64,000 nucleotides of DNA from Camelus ferus (GCF_009834535.1 NC_045696.1:74774001-74838000), one strand, 5' to 3'; shown: positions 36,482 through 49,724, counted from the stretch's first letter. Made by a program: numbers and translations. The notes: generated from the letters alone by a model not told the origin.

Positions 36482-37761
36482 AAAGATTCTTGAATAACGT
36501 TAGGTGGTTGGGAATCTCAAAGAATGTGAATGAACTATTTATAATTTCTACAACAGGAATGATAGCTAATATTTCTTGAGTGGTTCAAAAGGCCAGGCAG
36601 ATAAAGAAATTGAGGAACAGGAAATTGCCCAGGGCCACATTTAAACCTGGGCAAATCTGACTGCAGAGTGTCCCACTTAACCAATGTCTCCTGCCACCTA
36701 TGAGCTGCCGAGCTTCTACCACTATCCATGGTTAAGTAGTCAGATTTGGCAAGAGAAGTAGTCAGGTTTTGTCCTTTTGTTTTGTTTTGTTTTAATCTCA
36801 TCATCAAGCAGATGTCATTTAATAGAGCAGTATTTTTTTCAGTAATCAGTGTTTTATATTTCAGTTATGTTGAAGCCTCAACACATTAAAAATGATAGGG
36901 AAAGTTTTATCAGTCGAGACTATCTTTTCCACCCTCTTTCTCTGCAACCCTTGCCTCGGCTTAGCTGAGCAGAGTACCCACAGCACCTGGTAATTCCCTA
37001 TAAAGAGAGAAGCGTAGAGCAAATGCACTCTTGAACTGAAACTGCAACTAAGAGGTTACATTTACACATGTATATGGCAGGAGAAATTATACAGCATAGT
37101 GGGCTGAGATTTCTTTGTAAACATCTATGACTCAGGGTCAACCATGGGAAGTTAAGAAAAAAGTTATTTCCCTGTTTTCAAAATAGAGAAACCGAAAGGA
37201 CTGGACTTGCTGTTAGAACTGACGACACAGCTGCCCAGTGCTAGTCTCTTGCTATAAGAATAAAGAAATGAAATCTGTCAAGTAATTCATGTTTAAACGT
37301 TGCTTCAAGAGGAAATCGGGTGAAGGGCACAACACACCTCTCCAGTATTATCTTTGCTATTTCCTGTGCATCTATATTTATTCCAAAGTAAAAGATTTTT
37401 TTTTTAAATTCCTTCAGTGTGGGAAATGGACTTTTAAACTTAGAAAGAATTACTTTTATATTCTTCAGTTTAGTAGAAGAATAAAGGAAGACTGTGGTCA
37501 GGCCTTTCTCATTTTCAAAGGGTATACTTAGTGTCTGCGGAGGGTTGTTTTCCAAATAACAGACAGCAAGTAGATAATAGTGGTAGAATGTTTCATCAAA
37601 AATACTCTCCCTTTTCCAACTCAAGAATTGAAATCAGAAGCAGTAATCAAGGAGTACCAACTATACATTATATTGCTATTTAATTTTTTTCCTAATGATA
37701 GAAATAAGACATCTTAAAAATTTTGGTAAATATTGAAAATTATAAATAAATAAATAAGGCG

Positions 37762-38301
37762 TATTTATCTTATAATTGGAAGTTTGTATCCTTGCCTCCC
37801 TTCATCCCTTTCACAGGACCGCCACCACCCCAACTCCCACCCACCCCATTCCCCCTCCCACACATATCTCTGGCAACCACTAATCTGTTCTGTGTATCCA
37901 TGAGCTTGGTTTGGTTTTGTTTTTTAAGATGCCAAATATAAGTGAAATCATATATTTGTCTTTCTTTCTCTGACTTATTTCACTTAGCATAATGCCTTCA
38001 AGTTCCACTCTTGTTGTCCCAAATGGCAAGATTGTGGTTTTGATTTGCATTTCCCTAATGATTAGTGATGTTTAGCATCTTTTCATGTGCCTATTGGCCA
38101 TCTGATGTATTCTTTGGAAAAATGCCCATTTTTAAATCTTTTTTTTTTTTTTGCTATTTTTATTTGCTTTTTTTTGCTATTTGCTATTGAGTTTTATGAG
38201 TTCTTTACATATTTTAGATATTAACCTCTTATCAGATATATGATTTGCAAATATCTCCTCCCATTCTGTAGGTTGTCTTTTCATTTTGTTGGTGGTTTCC
38301 T
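37762..38301 (-). mobile_element. L1 (L1MA-like) 3' region with an internal deletion near 38033
   Basis: 'ctctggcaaccactaatctgttct..tgacttatttcacttagcataatg' joins directly to 'gtggttttgatttgcatttccctaatgattagtgatg'; ORF 38177-38365 gives MKRQPTEWEEIFANHISDKRLISKI. Confidence 0.88.
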
Positions 38302-40333
38302 GGGGATCTTTTAAAAAGATAGATTCTATTCTATAGGTTGAGGGGTAGGGCTTGTAACTCTGCATTTGTTAGAAGCTCCATGGACCACTCAGAGTAGCAA
38401 AGTTATTGGGCTATTAAGCAAGACAACAATTTTGGATACCAACTACTTAACAGGCTCATAATAAACACTCAACAAATGTTTAGGCTTGTTATATTCACTA
38501 TTATTACTAATGTGTACGTTAATTCTTTCCCTCTCCAGCAGAAGCAATGGTAAATTTATTTCAGGAAATTCTCCTTAAAAATTTCTTCTGTTTTGGGAGA
38601 CCAAATACCTAATCTTTCAATATATGCTGGATGTCTACATTTCTTTTCAATATCTTATTTTTAAAAGACATAGTAGAGGAAGGAAAAACTCAGAGAAAAG
38701 TGAGTTTGACTTCTTTTTGATTTCCAGGGGCTTTGTGGCTTTGACTGACTGTAGATATTGCTTCCTGACTCAGTGAATGTGCAGACCACTAATAAAACTC
38801 CTTCAAGGAATTGGAAAAAAAAAAAACTATTTTTCTACTCTTTCTTTTCTCAGCTAAACACCTTTAATTATTTTTTTCAAACCTCCTTAGACTTCCTGTA
38901 TAAGCTTTCTGTCTCATTCATGAGCCTGTTTATCTCCTTTTATCTTTATCACTTTTCTTTGGTATTTACAAATGGGATTGGGTTAGGTGGAAAGAATCTT
39001 TTTATTTACACTAATTTTGGGATAACTCATAGCATGAGAGAGAAGGCAAGTGAATCAAAGACTTTTCTACAAATGAAAAAAAACAAAGTCAGAAATGGAA
39101 GTTACTTGTCTAAAGTCTCACAGTTCATAAGTGATAGAGGCACTATATGAACTTAGAACTTTTTCCTAACCTCATAGCTTGTGTTCTCTCAAGCATGCCA
39201 TGCCTACTCTCGAATCTGGGAGATAACACAAGCACACAGGTTATTATCATTTAAGCCAAAGTGGGCAGTAGTGACAGAAATACACAAGAGTAGTATAACC
39301 CAAGTGTTGCAAAGATCAGAAACTATCTGTTCGGTTGGGAGAATTAGCCATGCCTTTGTGGACAGGTCCCTATATAAGGCACTCTAGTTCGTGAGAATGG
39401 CACAAGAAAAATGGGAAATCCCAGAACCTCTTCTCAGAAGTAGGAAGAGCCAAGTTTCAATGGAAAATACCATAGAGATAAAGCTGGAAAGGACAGGTTA
39501 GGGCTAGGTAATGGCAGGCTATGCATGTCAGATGAGGCAGGAGCATTTAATTCAGTAAACAGCCAGAATCTGTTGTAGATTCTTAACCAAAAGGTTACTT
39601 AAGCAGAGTTGAACTTCAAGTAAATGATTTTGACAGTAGTATGTTGGGTGGATTGGGGCACAGAAAGTTGGAAAACTCTGGTGCCGTAAGAAATACAAAG
39701 ATGCTCAGACTTGGTTTATATCTTTAAGACTCTTATTACACAATCACACAGATAACTTCAATAAAAGGCAGATTTTAATAAATGTCACTGAAATATACAA
39801 AATGCCATTGTAGTTGTCGGTTGAAGAAGAAAAAGATCTGGAAAGCTGTCATATATTATTTGGTCGAGGCAATCATTGTCAATGTGGAAAAAAAAACTAG
39901 GTCTGATTTCATGAAAAATAACTAAATTGGGGACATTTAAACTTTATTGAAATTTATATGGCAGCTCATATGTTGACCCAAACAATTAGCACACTATCTC
40001 CAAACCAAGAAATTCCTTCCAACTACTAATACTTGATCATTTTTTAAAATTATATGTTCATTAGGTATGCCAAAAGGCAAGTTGAGAGTTTGATTAAAAA
40101 AAAAAAAGAACAAATCTACAGTAAGTTTTATTTTTAGAGCTGCTGCTTTATCAACTAAACCAAGATGAAACAGTTACTCATTAGATGACAGAGTTTCTTT
40201 TTTTTTTTTTTCCCTTGAATTCATTTCTGAGTTAATACAAATCTGACTCACTGTCATCAAAAAGAAGGAACTTTCTTGCAGACTCATGCAGCTGCCCTAG
40301 GGTCAATTTCTACATAAAATATACTTAAATTTG

Positions 40334-40451
40334 GTGGTGGGGATACAGCTCAAGTGGTAGAGCACATGCTTAGCATGCATAAGGTCCTGGGTTCAATCTC
40401 CAGTACCTCCTCTAAAAATAAATAAGTAAACCTAATTATGTCCCCCACCCC
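40334..40451 (+). mobile_element. vic-1-like SINE (AAACCTAA..CCCC tail type)
   Basis: tRNA-Ala-like body; perfect 18-bp TSD aaaatatacttaaatttg (40316-40333, 40452-40469). Confidence 0.93.
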
Positions 40452-41169
40452 AAAATATACTTAAATTTGAACATTGCTAATAATGTAAATAATTAAAGTT
40501 TAGTAATTCAATTTTAGGTTTAGTTGTAACTACATCAGATTTTGAAAAATTGATAAGATTGGACTACTAGAATTTTATTTTAAAAATGAGATTTTCAAAA
40601 ATGGGACAGCCCACTTATCACTTGAGAAGATGCAAATTCCAAAACACTGATTCATTTGCAATGAAAAAGTCCATGGAATTCTCAGAAAGTAAGATGGAAC
40701 AGTACAAATATCTGTAATGAGCAGTAAGTCCACATTGCAGAAAAAGTAGGATTAATGTCATTCTGATCCAAAGCTTTTAAACCAGGAAATCCATCCGACA
40801 GAAGGGATAGAGCTCAAATTCACTTCAGTTAAAGCAAAACAGGAAGAGCAATAAGTAGCTATCCTGATAAAGGGGGGGGGGGTGTGCCAAAAAAGAGTAA
40901 AGAAGTTGATGATCTCAGATGGAAAGAATTTGTGAAGTCTCTGGGATTTGGGTAAATGTTGGGGCAAGCTGCATGAGGGCGGAGTGGTTAAATTCTCCAC
41001 CTGCCTGCTGTTTATTTATGTGATATAACTGAAGAGATAGAAAAACTTCTGAGGCACTCATTAACCAGAGGTTTTGCCTTAATCTATTTAGAAGAAAATA
41101 TAATATTCAAAATGAAACCTAAGTGAAGGCAGTTGTGTTACTGCTGGAAAGTAGGCTCCAAAGATGAAC

Positions 41170-41562
41170 CCCCTCAAGCATCGGGTCAGAAAGCTCTGAC
41201 TCCATTTGCCAGCTCTATCACGTATTAGGAGTGTGATTCCATACAGGAGAGTCTTGGGGGCTAGGGTATTGCTGAGGAAGGGGCATGTTTTGAAGCCTTA
41301 TTTGCATAATATTTGCACAACCTTTCCCTTAGGTTGTATAGTTACTGGCGTAGCTGGGAGGGCTGTTAGAGGTGGAGGTTAGGGAGGGATAAGGGAGCCT
41401 GAACCCTTCATGCCCACCCCTGAGCAAGATTCTGCTCTCTCTGAGCCTAAATCACCTCCTTTACACAATAGGAATAATAACATCTCCTTACAAGTCTGTT
41501 GTAGATAGTAAATGGGGATAAATAATGTGAAGTGCTGACTCCTAAATAGTCAATAAATGTCT
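41170..41562 (+). mobile_element. MIR split by a ~180-bp insertion
   Basis: 5' part 'ccagctctatcacgtattaggagtgtga'; 3' part 'ctctctgagcct..aataataacatctcc..caataaatgt'. Confidence 0.6.
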
Positions 41563-42443
41563 ATAAACCTAAAAGGCATCGAAGGGGAAATACTAAATTA
41601 GGATATCTGTTCTGGAAGATTGTTTCTATTAGGAAAAGTCTTAATTCTGCCTTGTTCCTAGAACATTTTAGATATTTATTTTCAGATATTTAGTCCTAAT
41701 TGTTGATTTTTTTCCCCCTAGTGGTACTTTAAAGAAGAGAAAAGCAGTTCCTGTTTAGACCATCATTACCCTGCTAATATTCTGGCCCAAGTGCAAAGGG
41801 TTGGGCTTTCCCACAGAGCACTTAAAAAACAGGTGATGATATCACACCCGTGAGTGCACTCAGCACAGGCTATGAGAACAGAAGCTGGCTTCTACCCAGT
41901 AGTTTTCTCCCATCCTCGGTCCCCGAGGAGAGTGAATTGCTCCAGAAACCCTTATTAACTACTGTCATTTGGGTGGCAAAGTGTGAGAGTAACCCCCACC
42001 GTGCCCTGCCCTTCCCCACAACACATTAAGAAATTAAAGGACAACAAAAGGGAATGGAATCTGTGAAGGTAGCTCAGTGCTCACACATCACCTCTGAGTG
42101 AGAGAAGGGTATAAAACCGTCCCAAGCCTTAGAATGCACACCCTACTTCCACCCCAGCTGGACCACCTCCACCCCCGCCAGGAAGACTCCCCTCCTACAA
42201 GCATTAATGTTGAATCAGCATTTTGTTAGCCTGATTCTATTCATTCCTAAATAGCTATGAAGATATTTTTTGTCTGAGAACTTATCAAATACTTACAAAT
42301 GAATGAATGAGTGAATGTATGAATGCATGAATGAAGCTTCCGGCGACCTCTCCTTAGATCTCTATATTCATTCATTCATTGAACCAACATTGATGGGTCC
42401 CTGCTATGTGCAGGTACTGTGCTAAGACTAAGGATATAGTGAT

Positions 42444-42590
42444 GGGGGGGGAGGGTATAGCTCAGTGGTAGAGCACATGCTTAGCATGCACGAGGTCATG
42501 GGTTTGATCCTCAGTACCTCCATTAAATAAAAAATAATAACGATAATAAATAATTAAATTAATAAATAAATATTACCTGCCCCCCCAAAA
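42444..42590 (+). mobile_element. vic-1-like SINE inserted in an L2 tail
   Basis: GGGGAGGGTATAGCTCAGTGGTAGAGCACATGCTTAGCATGCACGAGG..TACCTCCA; TSD gatatagtgat (42433-42443, 42591-42601). Confidence 0.93.
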
Positions 42591-44092
42591 GATATAGTGA
42601 TAAGACATGAGTTCTCTAGGAGTGAGATTTTGGCATAGAATAATCATATAATTGTAAACCTCTAGATCATACAAAATAATATATTATGCCTTAGACACTG
42701 TAATTATGGGCATAATTATAGAAGAGGGAAGGTATATAGAATGTAACTTGAATATATCATACACTTGACCTGAACTGAATTTGCTATCATTAACAATTAA
42801 ACTTAACTCTTTTAGATTTATATGGGCTTTCGAAAACATGATTTGAATATCCTGGCCCCTCTTAGAGTAGATGGCTAAGAAAATCTGAACTCATAAAACT
42901 TTTCTCTTAAATAATCCGTGGAGCAAGCAGGGGCTTTCAAAATCATTCCCTTCATCTCAGAGCTTTGTTCTAAAGAACAGGCTCATTAATGTTTGTTGTT
43001 ACCGAGAATGCTGTTTCTTCAAACTTTAAATAAAAGTGCTTAGAATAATAGTTGATTTACATATCTCCTATTCATCTTTTTTTTTTTCTCTTCCTGAGTC
43101 TGAAGTCCAGGTTAAGTGGCTTGCTATGAGACCAAAGCAATTGTTTCTGTTGGGAAATTATTAATGTTATTCTATTATCCTTTCTCAGCTTTCATTGCTG
43201 AAGGGAAGTGACATATTGTTGACAGCTATCAGAGCTGTTCATGCTTTATTGGAAAGTCATTTGGAGAATTACCATATCATTAATCTCAAATCTCAAAAAT
43301 GTTTCAAAAACCTCTCAGAGAACTGATAAGATAGGCATGAGATAATATCATTACAATATATTCACTCTTTCTTTTCTAGAGTTCATGCACTGGTTAAAGG
43401 GGGAAAGGTCTGGGGGCGGAAATGTCCCCTTAGGGGGATGCAGTATTCATGAAGAGAATACTTACGTAGCTAGTAAGGGCCCCCCCCCCATCTGTAGGAA
43501 AGGTGACCAGCAAAATCACTTGGAAAGTAGTAGGTCTCTATCAGCAAAGAAGACTCAGTCCCCAGCTGGATTCCTGCCCAGGGCTGGATTGGCTGACCTG
43601 CTCAGGAAGTGCTCTGAGAGCCCAGAAAGAGTATCTGGGATAGATTGCATTGTGTTACCTGGTGGGAGTCCAGGCACAGAGGGCCAGGGACAGTCTCCTC
43701 AAGTTCTTGGTTCTTGAGTGATACAGAAGGAAGGGACAGAGGAGCCAGTTTGGGGAATAGCACTAACAAAGATGAGGAGGTGAAGAACCTATTCTCAGAA
43801 GAGTAAAAGGACTAGGTGGAGAGAAAAGTAAAGTAGAAAAGTAAAGATGAACCTGGAAAAGTAGGTTGGAGTCAGATTATGTAAGGCCTTGCAAGCCAGT
43901 GCAAGGCAGGTATATTAAATTCAGTAAGTAATTGGAAACTACTGCAGGTTATCTGGACCAAAAATGAATCTGATCACTGCTGTGTTTTAGGAGAATTAAT
44001 TTGATAGAAATGCATGAACTGGATCAGGGTTGGGAAAGGCAGGAGACAACATGTATGTGTGATGCTGAAGAAGATACAAAAATAAGCCACTA

Positions 44093-44800
44093 TTATAAGA
44101 TACCACTACATACTTACGTGAATGGCTAGAATTTTTTTAAAAGCACTGAGAATGTCAAGTGTTGACAAGGACTCAGAGCAACTGGAACTCCTATACATTG
44201 CCAGTGAGAGTGATAAATGGGCCTGCCACTCCAGAAAATGATTTGGCAGTTTCTCATAAGGTTAAACATATACTAATCACATAGCCCAGCAATCCCGCTC
44301 ATGGTTATCTCCTCCAGAGAAATGAAAACATACCTGTTTACCTGTATGTGAGTGTTTACAGAAACTCTGTTCATAATTGCCCCAAACTGGAAAACATCCC
44401 AAATGTCGCTGAGTGGGTGGATGGGTAAATAAACTGCAGTCCCACCACACCATGGAATACTACTCAGCAATAAGAAGGAGCAAGGCATTATGCTGAGAGA
44501 AAGAAGCCAGTCTCAAAACGTTTCATACAGTATGATTCCGTTTATACAATATTCTCAAAAAGACAAAGCTACAGGGATGGAGACAGATCCACGATTGTTA
44601 GGGGTTAGGGAAGGAGGTGAGGGAATAACAACACTAATAATAATAAAGGGACAGCATGAGAAATTTGGGGGGAATGATAGAATTCTTCTGTATCCTGATT
44701 GTAGTGATGGTTACATGAATCTGTACATGTGTTTAAAATCATAAAACCATACACCAAAAAAGGTCAATTTTATAGTTTGATGATTTAAAAAATTAAACTA
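44093..44800 (+). mobile_element. L1MC-like ORF2 end plus 3'UTR
   Basis: 'gagcaactggaactc..cccagcaatcc..ccatggaatactactcagcaata..gaaagaagccagtctcaaaa..gtatgattcc..gatggttacatgaatct'. Confidence 0.88.
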
Positions 44801-44984
44801 AAAAAGCAAAGCCAAAAAAAAAAAAAACTAGCAGGGAAAGCAAGAGATTTTTCATTGTTTGAAGTATCTACTGGACGGAGCACATTAGCATAAATCAAGG
44901 TAATGCCAAGTGGGAAGAAGGAGTGGAAAAACAGAATCTTAGAGTGTTAGGCTTACAGATTAATCCAGGGTCAGCGAATATGCT

Positions 44985-45520
44985 TGTGGCAGATGGTATT
45001 TCCAAAAATGGCCACAACTATAGGTGTCAGCCTACATGCTCTTCTAGAACCTTGCTACTCTTCCATCAAGAGGTCTGTGTCCCTATGACCTGAATTTGTG
45101 ACTGTCTAGACCAAGAAAGGATGCTGGAAGCTACAGTATATGCTTCCTGAAGTTAAGTCATAAAAATGCTATGCACTTCCTCCCAGATCTCTTAGAACCC
45201 TGGCTCTTGGAACCCAGCCACTGTAGTGTGCGGAATTCCAAGTAGCTCATGGAAAGGCCTATGTGAAGAGGAACAGAGGTGTCTGCCCACAGCCCTGGCC
45301 AATCTTCCAGCCAACAACCAGCACCACAGATTTGCCAGCCATATGACAGAGCCATCTTGATAGTAGAGTCAAACTAGCTGGCACTGCCCAGAGCTGAGCA
45401 GTGTGTCAGCCCAGCCTTGCCTAAGTAGGCTATTCATGAGAAACATAAATGATTGCTGTTGTTCTAATCCACAAAGTTGGGGTGGGGGTGCTTGTCACAC
45501 AGCAATAGATAGCTAATATA
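44985..45520 (+). mobile_element. MaLR solo LTR (MLT1G/H-like)
   Basis: Starts tgtggcagatggtatttccaaaaatggccac; contains 'ggaacccagccac'; ends 'cacagcaatagatagctaatata'. Confidence 0.82.
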
Positions 45521-47484
45521 ATGTTTCTACTCACCAACAGATTAGAGCACCTTCCTGGTGTGGTGCAGGTTGTCCCTGCTATCTGAAAGTAGAGCCTGCC
45601 TGGGAATCCATTTGTAAGCCGAAATGGCATAAAGTGAAGAAGTAATTACCTTAGGACTCATCTTGCTAATGGAAGCACAAAATAAATTGAGATAAAGCAC
45701 AGATGCTCACAGACGCAGTCCAAAGCTACGGCGGCTGGATGCTAAGAGGCTGAGTGTAGTTTCCAGGGAAGGAGCTGAGTGGTATTGCTCTTCCTGCTCC
45801 TCTGGGTGTAGGCTGCCTTTAGGAAGGCTGTTGCAAAACAAATGCTGAATGCTATTTTTGCTTTTTGTCTTTTTTTTTTTTCCCATGAAAGTGAAAATCC
45901 TCTTTGGATTTCTTTCTGTTAGTAAAAACAGGTTCTAATGTAGGTCTTTCATAAACACGAAGTGGCATAAAGTGAACTGTTGAAAAGGGGAGTGAACATG
46001 TTGAAAATGGGATGAGGCTTAGAGAGAAAGAATGCCTAACTGATTAGCCAAGTTATATATTGGCATAGAACTGAGTGATGGTATCACTGCTATTTGCCAA
46101 TCCTGTTAGAATCCAGCACTCCCATCTTATGTATTGAACAAGACAGAATGCAGCAGGTTGTGATCTGCTCATGATCACACAGATATTTGGTACCAGAGCC
46201 AAACCTCCAAATCAGGTCTTCTGATGTGCAGCTTAGTATTCTTCTCACTTTGCCTGTCCCTTCCCAATAACAGATTCCTGAGACCTAAACCACAGGACCT
46301 AGAGCAGCAAATACATGCCTGGGTGCTTCTACTTCCCTCCCTACACCTGAGACAGACATCATCAGTCAAGTATAGCACTTCCCTAAGGTCACTGATGTGC
46401 ATATTGATGATGGACCCAAATTGCCATTGGAGAACCTGAGTACAAAGATGCAAAAGCTATAACTGATTTGTGTTAGGAGTGTCAGAAGAATACAGCAAAG
46501 GCCGTCTCAAAATATAAGCTGTGAAAAGAGTTGATATCAAAATGCAATGTGTGTGAGCAAGAGGGAAGGGTTTGGACATGACTGCTCAGGATTAAGGATG
46601 TCTGAAATGACACAAAGACTTACTTCTCAGAGTCTACTAAGGAATCACTTCCTACATCCTTGAGGAACTCTAGTGTATAGCTTATCAGAAATTTTCTATT
46701 TAATATTTTTGAACTATTTTGTTGTAGCTGGAAGAAAATCTGTTATTTAGTTCCATAAAATATATTGCTTGTATATAATTTGGTCTCATCCTGAATCAAA
46801 TCCAGTTGGAATGTATACAACACAGATAACAGGGCAGTACTGGAATATTGACCATTTTGACAATTTTGTTCTTCATAATGCACTTGGCATTGTCTGAGAA
46901 AGTAGGCTCAGAAAAAATACAGATGATTTCTAGGGTATGAGTTAAAAGCAAAGGTTACAAATCTATGGTACTGTGGATTTTAGAGTAGCTTGCTGAGGAC
47001 AGGATTCAGATTCATCCAACACAGGACCAAGAGCAGAGCTTCTCTGAACTTAACTATAGGAGAGCAGAACACCCTGCAGAAGCAACTATAAGTAAACTCC
47101 CAGAAAAATAATAATTGCTCTTCTCCTCTCTATGATTCTGAGTAGGGCATGTGGGTGGGGTTAGGTATGAAGGTTATTTGAGTAAAAAAAGTAGCCCAGT
47201 GCCTTCATTCATTCATTTGTTCACTGAGTACTTGGTATCTGCAAGGTATTCTGTTAAACACTAGGAGGAATAGACAGAGAATTTGTCTTCAAAGGTTCTC
47301 CAGCAGGGACCCCACCATCCTCTTTTAATAGAATAGGATTTGTCAACATGGTCCTAATGAGTTAGAAAACTAAACATCACCCAGTGGCACCCGAACACAA
47401 GAACACTGGGTTTAATCATTAGAATCAGGATATCATTACAGTTGTCTACATAATTCAGCAGGCTTCAAAGTGTTAATAACACCT

Positions 47485-47548
47485 CTTTTTTCTTTCTTTG
47501 TTTCTCTCTCGCTCTCTTTCTTTCCTTCTCTCTCTTTCTTTTACTTTC
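47485..47548 (+). repeat. CT-rich low-complexity tract
   Basis: Seen directly in the sequence. Confidence 0.8.
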
Positions 47549-48134
47549 TACATGGATTATGTTATCATTTGAAAATTACCAATTGTTGGATCACTTAGAT
47601 GCATCACTGTACTTTCAGGAAATCATTCCTGGTAATGAAATTCTTTCCATCAGCTCCACTTTCTGATTTGCAATATAGGCTTGTCCTTTAATGACTAAGT
47701 GTTCTTTCCAGAAAAAATATGCAGCAGATGTGGCAAAACAGAAATATAATATTCTTGGAAATGGACTAGTTTAGCTAATAATTAAACTTTCCTTTTTTGT
47801 ACTTGGACTTTAATTCTTCTAGTAATTTCTCTGTTCACAACAAATTCTCAGGAAGGTTGAAGTCATCATTTTGTGTAACTAATTTCAAATCTTTAAATAA
47901 TGGTCAGTAAGAATTCTTGTACCATCTTTTCAGGTTCTTTTGTGTTTAGAAGCTGTTGACTTATATTTCTCCTAATCTTTTCTGGGATAGAATATCTCAG
48001 TACTTTCCACTGGGTTTTCCTAAACACCAGCACAGTTGTTTTTCAATAATCTTAGCCCAACCACCTCTCAAAGACCTATAATAACTGTTAAGTGCCAGTG
48101 CACAAGAACAAGACAGAAAAGAATCTAAAAGAAA

Positions 48135-48330
48135 GTGGGCTTTGGAGTAAATCCAATCTGGATTCCATGTAAAGCTGTGACACTTCTTGTGTAATTCTAG
48201 GCAAATTACTTAATCTCACTGAGCCTCAGTTTCCTTGTCTGTAAAATGGGGGTAGAATGCACATTATAAAGTTAGTGTAAGAATTAAGTACATATAAGAA
48301 AGCAGCGAGCCTGGTCTATAATAGGATTTC
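48135..48330 (+). mobile_element. MIR
   Basis: 'ggcaaattacttaatctcactgagcctcagtttccttgtctgtaaaatggg'. Confidence 0.85.
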
Positions 48331-49129
48331 CTTAAATAATAATTTCCCTTTGCTCCCTCCTAAAAATGACAATGATAATGCTCAGGATTTGATCATTAAA
48401 ACATATAAACAGTTACAGCTACAAACCACTCAGGTCCCAATCAACTTTTCTGACACCAATATGTGTAAGATTTGGCATTTCTCCTCTTTCTTCTTAGTGG
48501 AAACAAGCACCCCACAATAAGGAAAATGAAAATTTGGGAATAAAAAGAACCTATAATTTCATCATCCTGGCACCACAGCTGTTTCCTTTTTTGTCATGGT
48601 CTGGCGTTTACACAAAACGGTCGCATTTTCTCCACAGCCGCAATCAGGGTGTGCTTATCATGAAGGTACTAAAAGATTTATTCCAGGTGATAGTGGGAAG
48701 CTGCTGAAGACGAAATGGAAGGCTGCGGAGGTGTTAAAGTTCTCCTAGGATATTGTTCAAACCTTTCTCCAGCACAGAAACTCCACAAAGAACTCCTCTG
48801 CAGTTTTCGTTACCCAGGGCTGTTTCTTTAAATTGTTTGACGTCAGAGAAGGAATGCTATAGCAACAGTCTGTCAAACTGGAATTAACTCAGAAGAAAGA
48901 TGGAGGTGGGGGAGAGGAAAATTGCTCCCGGGCGGTACTGACTTCAGAGGAAGCAAATTGGGTAGATGCATTCATTTTATGACATTTTAAACATAAAACA
49001 CGCAGAGAAATGTAGAAAAAGTCGGTTGAGATGCGTGTGATATTTAACTCATGCAGAGATGAGCGACTTGACAGGGTTATCTGGAAGGCCTGGTTTCGTC
49101 AGTGACAATGGTAACAATTAACTTCCAAG

Positions 49130-49320
49130 CATTGTTTATTCAGAGGCAAGCTCTGTGCAAATGTTATCACATTTAATATTTTAGCACCTTTATGAAGCAG
49201 GTACACTATCCCTATTTCGCCTATGATGAAACCGAGGCCCCGAGACTGAACGCGGTCACACAACTAGCGACGGTCGAGCTGGCACTACAGGGCAATTTTG
49301 TATGACTCTGGGCTTCAGTT
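49130..49320 (-). mobile_element. MIR at the CpG-island edge, CpGs retained
   Basis: 'atccctatttcgcctatgatgaaaccgaggccccgaga..cggtcacacaactagcgacgg'. Confidence 0.6.
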
Positions 49321-49500
49321 TAACTCTCTTACATTTAGAATTCCAGAATGTGAAACCTAAATGAGACCCTGAGGTCTTCTGAATCAGTCCCCTACCCTGC
49401 CCACAAGCAAACTGAGGTCTCTGCGGTGCCAGGAAAGAAACTGGCCACACCACTTCGGCGCTACTCAGAAGTGTGCTCCGGCGTCCAGACGCCGCACCAA

Positions 49501-49512
49501 GAAAATGAAACT
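49501..49512 (+). promoter_or_regulatory. ISRE/IRF-type element GAAAATGAAACT
   Basis: Exact match to GAAANNGAAACT, about 200 bp upstream of the probable transcription start. Confidence 0.5.
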
Positions 49513-49724
49513 GCCCGGGAATTAATGTTTTTCTTCTCCTTCTAGCAGGAAACGAGACAGAAAATAGGAAGCAGAAGCTGCGCGCCGCGCCAGCTGCCTT
49601 CGCCCCCCGCCCGGTTGGTGCACGCTCCAGGGCCCGCGCGCCCCCGCGGCGCGTCCCCGCTGGGCCCGCGCGCCTCGTGCCTCGCGCCTCGCGCCTCCAG
49701 CCACGTCCCCGCCCCGGCCCCGCG

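Noticed and set aside
42298..42380. (TGAA)n / (TTCA)n inverted repeat as a possible L2-derived miRNA hairpin
   Set aside because: Two tail-to-tail L2 ends give only ~13 bp of low-complexity pairing with a large loop.
42444..42522. tRNA-Ala(AGC) genes (also at 401, 4093, 24436, 34201, 40334)
   Set aside because: A-rich tails, TSDs, extra 5' G runs and stem or T-loop mutations mark them as SINE copies.
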